Shown here: positions 10,018 to 15,970 of the stretch, piece after piece
Layout of the letters: each line of letters begins with the position of its first letter
Numbering within the stretch: position 1 is the first letter of the stretch
Assembly (NCBI GenBank): GCA_051294375.1
Contig: JBJCIZ010000819.1
Coordinates: forward strand, 1-15,970
Direction of reading: 5' to 3'
Source: Paraspadella gotoi
Taxonomy: Eukaryota; Animalia; Chaetognatha
Length of the DNA stretch: 15,970 nt
The notes under the pieces: model-generated
What the model was told of the DNA's origin: nothing
The model's input: the letters and a program-made list of their open reading frames with translations, nothing else
Database searches by the model: none
Program-made: the position numbers and the translations under genes

Positions 10018-10841
10018 AGCTGGACATCGCTGCAGAGCCGGAACTCGTTTTTTAGAAGAAGCGAGTGACGAGAAGAAAGAGAGAGAGAGAGAGAGCGAAC
10101 ATATAATTAAAACGTTTTTGTATTTGTAAATAAAAACATAACAAATACCAATATTGATATGAAACATGAGAATTTTAAAGATCTTGATGATACAGACCAT
10201 AATATGAAATTCAACTCCCTATGATATCACACTTTCAGAAGCATGATTGCAAAAAAGCGAGACCGAAAGCTAAAAAACCGAAAAAAAATCGAGACAGGAC
10301 GGGCTTTGCCCGCCTGGCTCGATAATAGAGGATATTTGTTTTTTTGATAAAATGTAAACAAAACATTAATACTGTCCTGACTCAATTTTAGACATCGATG
10401 ATGACAAGCTGATATAAATTATAATTAATCTATTAATTAATTAATTAATTAATCTATTAATTAATTATTTAATCTATTAATTAATTAATTAATTAATCAA
10501 TTAATTAATTAATTATCGTAGGCAGATCCGACATTGTTTGCTCAAACTTGTTCCATTTAAACCAATTTCCCTCGCACGATTCCCTCGAAACTTCATATCC
10601 ATCTCAATCACACAGTTTCTACTCACACACAAATTCATACCAACAATCCATCCATCCAATCACGAGTAATTGGGTTTTTGCTATGTGACGGACGGACGGA
10701 CGGATGGACGGACATCTTTTTTTTTGCATAAATTAATCATAATTCATGATATAAGTGTAGTGCCCTGACAATATTGAGGGGGCAGACCGACGGACCGACA
10801 AAGTGAATTATAGAGTCGGGATCTGCTGATAAGCAGACCCG

Positions 10842-11545
10842 TGGGGCGGTATATTCACACCGCGTCGCGTCCCATCGGTCCGAGCGACAACCATCCAAGC
10901 GTAGTGTTCCATCCACAGTCCTAACGACTTCCCTCTGCGTTGGCAAAGCGAGACCGTCCTAGGGTAACCGCGCCAGTGACTGCGAGGCGTCACTGAGGGT
11001 CGGAAGCCCCGCAAAGCCAACAGTGAGATGCCCCATCCCATGGGCATCACAGGCAACCCGGCTGTTGCCATAAGTGGTGAGCCCTACTATCGAACACGCA
11101 ACCTTCTCAGGGTACGCTACGACAACGCCTATGCCCTGCCGACTTTGACGCTACGACAAACGCCTATGCCCCTGGGTACGCTACGACAAACGCTATGCCC
11201 CCACAACTCGGCTCTCTCTCTCTCTCTCCACTATGGTAACATCTTGTCAGACACCTCTCAGGCTTGAGGACTGAGTGATGTCTTGGCCCGGGGATCCTGT
11301 GGCGGTATATTCAACCGCCTCACGTCCACATCTTCAGCCAAATCCATTGGCTCAGAGGGGGAACACACCATCCCAAGCGTAGTGTTCCATCCACAGTCCT
11401 AACGGACTTTCCCTCTGCGTTGGCAAAGCGAGACCGTCCTAGGGTAACCGCGCCAGTGACTGGAGCGGCACTGAGGTCGGAAGCCAAAGCCAACAGTGAG
11501 ATGCCCCCTCCCAATGGCATCCACAGGCACCCGGCTGTTGCCATA
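10842..11545 (+). mobile_element. TRIM-like non-autonomous LTR element (704 bp): LTR1 10842-11072, LTR2 11298-11545
   Basis: Direct repeats of ~231 and ~248 bp, starting tg(t/g)ggcggtatattca and ending ctgttgccata; PBS-like tggtgagccctac at 11075; cccggggatcc before LTR2; TSD cccg (10838-10841, 11546-11549); empty site gcagacccgacta at 13901-13913. Confidence 0.9.
11110..11201 (+). repeat. Three copies of acgctacgacaa(a)cgc(c)tatgccc in the TRIM internal domain
   Basis: Direct reading. Confidence 0.9.
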
Positions 11546-11564
11546 CCCGACTAAAAAAACTGTA

Positions 11565-13450
11565 CATGGTGACCAATTTTACAAGCGCCGGGCTGAAAAA
11601 CGCTGTCATTTGCAAACCCATAAAGATTTTTTAAAATGTTGAATATGAATTTAAAAGTTAAAAAACCCCGTAAACTATTTATATATGCAAATTTATCAGA
11701 AGTCGACTTTGATATGCTCAGACAATGATAGCAGGAAGATCGGCTATATGAACAATCGTCTTAACTTTTTTAAACTCACTTTTTTTTTTTTTTTTTAGAT
11801 TAATTTTTTTTCTATTTTAGTAAGTTTTCTGAAGAAATTTAAAATAAAAACATATTCAATACATGGTGATTTTACCAACCGCGTCAGAATACGTGTCATT
11901 CTGCAGTTGACGTAGAAATATTATAATCATTATTGTTCAAATTTTCAATTTCTGATCAGTTAAGATACGCCTTCCGCAATGACTGGTCGGAGAAAGTCTG
12001 GCTTGCTAAAATCGGGTTTCAAATTTTCCCAATGCATTTTTTAGATTCGAATTTTTTTCTCTACTTTCAGTAGGTTTTCTGAAGAAATTTTAAATAAATT
12101 TAATATTAATATCATTATTATCTGAAAGCCCTTTTCAATCTAAAGAGAATGACATACTTACAATCATCTGCTAGTCATACAATTAATGGCCCAGCTTTAA
12201 ATTAATTAGGATACTCAAAAACAGCGACATCTTCTCAAAAATCAATAGGCTCCGGAGAGTAAATTTATAGATTTTTTATAAAATCTGTGATTGCGCTATC
12301 TTAAAATCTTTTTTTTTCAGGCTCTTTCATGAATACTTACCATAAATAATAATAATTCATTATCGTTATACATATTTAAAACAGGTCATATATTTTAAAA
12401 AGATTTAAAAATTTTAGATAAATTACCACTTTGACTCTCTAGTGTGAACCAAAGGCTGGGCAGCTTAATTTTTATGTAGAGTTTTCGTAAAGTATATCAT
12501 TCTCTTTCATTTGTTTTAAAAGGTCTTTCTGAGCATATTAATATTGTTAAAATCTTAATAAATTATTTGTTAAAAAATGCTAAAAAAGTTTAAAAAAAAA
12601 TTGAATTTAAAAACAGTGAGTTGGAAAATGAAACCCGATTTACAAGCCTACTTTCTCCACTCATTGCAAAAGCATATCTTAATGCATAATAAAACAATTT
12701 GAATACATAAATGAACTTTAATATGTTCTAACTCAACTAATTTTTTAAAAAAATCCAATGAAATCACTGGTTTGGCCAAAATGACAGCGTATTTCCACGG
12801 CGCTTGTAAAATTGTCACCATGTATTATTATTTTCTCGAAGCCCTTTATTTAAGACGCAATCGACGTACTTACCGAATCCGTAGTATAAATTACCTAGCC
12901 CAGCCTTTAATTTATCAGCGATATTCAAACAAGAGACATTTTTAACAAAATAAATAGCGTGGAGAGTAAATTATGAGTCTTTATCAAATTGCTGATTGGA
13001 TATCTCTCAAATTTTTTTTCTCAGGCTCTTCATGATACGTTATATAAATAATAATATTTTAGGTTATATAATTTAAACAGGCCATATATTTTGAAAAAGA
13101 TTTAAAATTTTAAAATAATTCACTTTTGGACAACTATTAATTGAACCCAAGACTGGCAGCTTACTTTTAATGTTAGAGCTTTTTTGTAAATAATCATTCT
13201 CTCATATTTTTTAAGGCTTTCTGGAAGGATATTCATTATACTTTAATATTTTAATAAACTACTTTGTTTAACAAGTGCTCAAAGTTCCTCTAAAAAAAGA
13301 TTTGAAAGAGTGAGTTGGAAAATGAAACCCGATTTGGAAAAGTCAAACTTTCTCCACTCATCTGTCAGGCATATTTTTAATCGCATCCAATTATTTTAAA
13401 CACTAATGTTTTTAGTATTTTTTAGCTTAACTAATTTTTTAAAAATCAAT
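11565..13450. mobile_element. Outer MITE with nested inner MITE (11862-12822), left duplicate copy
   Basis: Colinear with 13925-15829; same TA|CATGGTGA termini; many single-base indels. Confidence 0.75.
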
Positions 13451-13912
13451 TTTTCATTTTAACTCATTTCCACTCGCACGATTCCATCGCCACTTTATAT
13501 CCAGCTCAATCACACACTCTCCTCCCATCATACAAAATTTCAAGTCAATTGCTCTATCCACTTATGAGCAATTGGCGTTCAAATAGTGAAATATATTTTT
13601 TTTGTTTTTTCCATTTAAACCAATTTTCACTCGCACGATTCCCTCGAAACTTCATATCCATCTCAATCACACAGTTTCCTACTCACACACAAAATTTCAT
13701 ACCAATCCATCCATCCAATCACGAGTAATTGGAGTTTTTTGCTCATGTGGGACGGACGGACGAACGGACGGACGGATGGACGGACATCTTTTTTTTGCAT
13801 AATTAATCATAATTCATGATATAAGTTAGTGCCTGACAATATTGAGGGGGCAAACCGACGGACCGACAAAGTGAATTATAGAGTCGGGATCTGCTGATAA
13901 GCAGACCCGACT
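13451..13912 (-). mobile_element. HINE copy C: uninterrupted 5' portion, duplicate of copy D
   Basis: gtcgggatctgctgataagcagacccgact at 13883-13912, (GGAC)n and internal units; truncated at the duplication junction. Confidence 0.85.
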
Positions 13913-14203
13913 AAAAAAACTGTACATGGTGACAATTTTACAAGCGCCGGTAGAAAAACGCTGTCATTTGCAAACCCATAAAGATTTTTTCAATGTTAAA
14001 TATGAATTTAAAAGTAAAAACCGTAAATATTTATATATGCAAATTTTATCAGAATCGACTTTGATATGCCTCAGCAATGATAGCAGGAAAGTATGGATAT
14101 GAAAATCGTCTCTAATTTTTAAAACTCACTTTTTTTAGATTTGAATTTTTTTCTTACTTTTAGAAGTTTTCTGAAGAAAATTTAAAATAAAAAATATTCA
14201 ATA

Positions 14204-15025
14204 CATGGTTGACAATTTTACAAGCGCCGGTAGAAATACGCTGTCATTTGCAGTTGAGTAGAAAATATTATAATCAATTATGTGTTCAAATTTTATTTTG
14301 ATCAGTTAAGATATGCCTTGACAATGATTGGAGAAAGTTGGCTTGTAAAATCGGGTTTCATTTTCCAACTCACTTTTTTAGATTCAATTTTTTTCTCTTA
14401 CTTTCAGTAGGTTTTCTGAAGAAATTTTAAATAAATTAATATTAATATCATTATCTTCTGAAAGCCTTTTCAAATCTAAAGAGAATGACATACTTACAAA
14501 ATATAATATAATTATAAAATTGTGATTGGCTATCTTAAATCTTTTTTTTTTCAGGCTCTTTCATGATACTTACATAAATAATAATATTTTATGTTATAAT
14601 AATTTAAACAGGTCATATATTTTAAAAAAAGATTTAAAATTTTAGATAATTAACTTTTGACTCTCTTAGTTGAACCAAGGCTGGGCAGCTTAATTTTTAT
14701 GTTAGAGTTTTCGTAAGTATATCATTCTTTTCATTTTTTTAAGGTCTTTCTGAGCATATTAATATTGTTAATATCTTAATAAATATTTTGTTTAAAAAAT
14801 GCTAAAAGTTAAAAAAAAATTGAATTTAAAAACAGTGAGTTGGAAAATGAAACCCGATTTTACAAGCCAACTTTCTCCACTCATTGCAAAAGCATATCTT
14901 AACTGATCAATAAAAAATTTGAATACATAAATGTTCTACTCAACTAATTTTTAAAATCAATGAAATAACCACTGGTTTGCAAATGACAGCGTATTTCCAC
15001 CGGCGCTTGTAAAATTGTCACCATG
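14204..15025. mobile_element. Inner Tc1/mariner-like MITE with long imperfect TIRs and TA TSD
   Basis: ta|catggt(t)gacaattttacaagcgccggtagaaatacgctgtcatttgca ... tgcaaatgacagcgtatttccaccggcgcttgtaaaattgtcaccatg|ta; inverted similarity extends ~200-240 bp; no ORF. Confidence 0.8.
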
Positions 15026-15424
15026 TATTATTATTTTCTGGAAGCCCTTTCAAATTTAAAGAGAATGACGTACTTACGAATCCTGTAGTATAAAATTTAA
15101 CTAGCCCAGCTTTAATTTAATTAGGATATTCAAAAACGAGACATCTTTTTAAAAATAAATAGCTGGAGAGTAAATTTATGAGTTTTATCAAATTGTGATT
15201 GGCTATCTTAAATTTTTTTTCTCAGGCTCTTTCATGATACTTATATAAATAATAATATTTTAGGTTATAATAATTTAAACAGGCCATATATTTTGAAAAA
15301 AGATTTAAAATTTTAAATAATTCACTTTTGACACTATTAATTGAACCAAGACTGGGCAGCTTACTTTTTATGTTAGAGCTTTTGTAAATATATCATTCTC
15401 TTCATATTTTTAAGGGCTTTCTGA

Positions 15425-15637
15425 NNNNNNNNNNNNNNNNNNNNNNNNNNNNNNNNNNNNNNNNNNNNNNNNNNNNNNNNNNNNNNNNNNNNNNNNNNNN
15501 NNNNNNNNNNNNNNNNNNNNNNNNNNNNNNNNNNNNNNNNNNNNNNNNNNNNNNNNNNNNNNNNNNNNNNNNNNNNNNNNNNNNNNNNNNNNNNNNNNNN
15601 NNNNNNNNNNNNNNNNNNNNNNNNNNNNNNNNNNNNN
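15425..15637. other. Assembly gap (213 N)
   Basis: N run. Confidence 1.
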
Positions 15638-15845
15638 ATACTTTGTTTAAAAAAGTGCTAAAAGTTCTAAAAAAAAAGAATTTGAAAAGAGTGAGTTGGA
15701 AAATGAAACCCGATTTGAAAAGTCAACTTTCTCCACTCATTGTCAAGGCATATTTTAACTGATCAATATAAAATTTTAACACATAAATGGTTTTAGTATT
15801 TTTTACTTAACTAATTTTTTAAAATCAATGAAATAAACACTGGTT

Positions 15846-15970
15846 CTAGTTGGTTGGCGACTTCGCCATGGCGATATCGCCAGGGCTTTGGCGATGTTGC
15901 CAGTCCCCCACTGGCGACCTCGCCAGTGATAAGTAGCGAATATAATGAAAAGCGCAGCTAACACGGGGAT
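15846..15970. mobile_element. End of an unidentified insertion with four TGGCGA-NN-TYGCCA palindromes
   Basis: MITE homology stops at 15845; ctag, then palindromes at 15855-15868, 15869-15882, 15889-15902 and 15912-15925. Confidence 0.5.

Larger units (their letters stand above)
7791..10552 (+). mobile_element. HINE copy B, both ends present (~2.76 kb), inserted in copy D
   Basis: 5' agtcgatctgcttatcagagatcccgac; (GTCC/GTCT)n at ~7943-7985; about five degenerate ~120-130 bp internal units (8000-8895); 3' gcagatccgac-attgtttgctcaaacttgtt. Flanks tttgttttt|ccatttaaac rejoin as at 13601-13620. Confidence 0.85.
6945..11552 (-). mobile_element. HINE copy D (variant subfamily), split into ~6945-7790, 10553-10841 and 11546-11552 by nested HINE B and the TRIM; 3' end not found
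   Basis: Pieces from ~7634 onward rejoin to match the uninterrupted copy at 13451-13912; 5' subTIR variant gtcgggtctgc; (GGAC)n at ~10688-10712; extends left through internal units into the 18-bp array. Confidence 0.75.
13451..15829 (+). repeat. Second unit of a tandem duplication (first unit ~7634-13450 minus its two insertions)
   Basis: Junction aatcaat|ttttcattttaactc at 13450/13451 joins sequence seen at 15823-15829 to sequence seen at ~7634. Confidence 0.85.
13925..15845. mobile_element. Outer Tc1/mariner-like MITE; right TIR interrupted at 15845
   Basis: Starts TA|catggtgacaattttacaagcgccgg; after removing the inner element it is colinear with it; right arm stops at cactggtt where tgcaaatgacagcg is expected. 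Confidence 0.7.

Noticed and set aside
8911-10200. ER-rich and LS-rich ORFs
   Set aside because: Translations of (GA)n microsatellites
10737-11621. Short ORFs across the TRIM; retrozyme hypothesis
   Set aside because: No gag/pol motifs, frames differ between LTR copies, and no hammerhead core (CUGANGA..GAAA with stems) found on either strand of the LTRs

Overview
AT-rich eukaryotic (probably invertebrate) DNA from a scaffolded assembly with three N gaps. It is almost entirely a nest of transposable elements, and no intact host gene is supportable. From left to right: (1) the 3' end of an LTR retroelement with an env-like ORF (transmembrane anchor plus Cys-rich tail), polypurine tract (PPT) and 3' LTR (1-696); (2) a second LTR with a tRNA-Lys primer-binding site (PBS) (1206-1468); (3) several copies of a Helentron-associated non-autonomous element (HINE/DINE-1-like), one inserted into another; (4) a 144-bp insertion with a 12-bp target-site duplication (TSD) carrying a Penelope-type minimal hammerhead ribozyme core; (5) a ~700-bp TRIM-like mini LTR element inserted into a HINE 5' subterminal inverted repeat (subTIR); (6) a TA-flanked MITE inserted into its own family member; (7) a ~2.2-kb tandem duplication that supplies in-window empty sites. 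Most ORFs in the track are translations of micro/minisatellites or N runs. I found no clearly new biological system; the best leads are the ribozyme insertion, the env-like tail and the TRIM with non-canonical TG..TA ends. Family assignments rest on structural hallmarks read by eye, not database searches.
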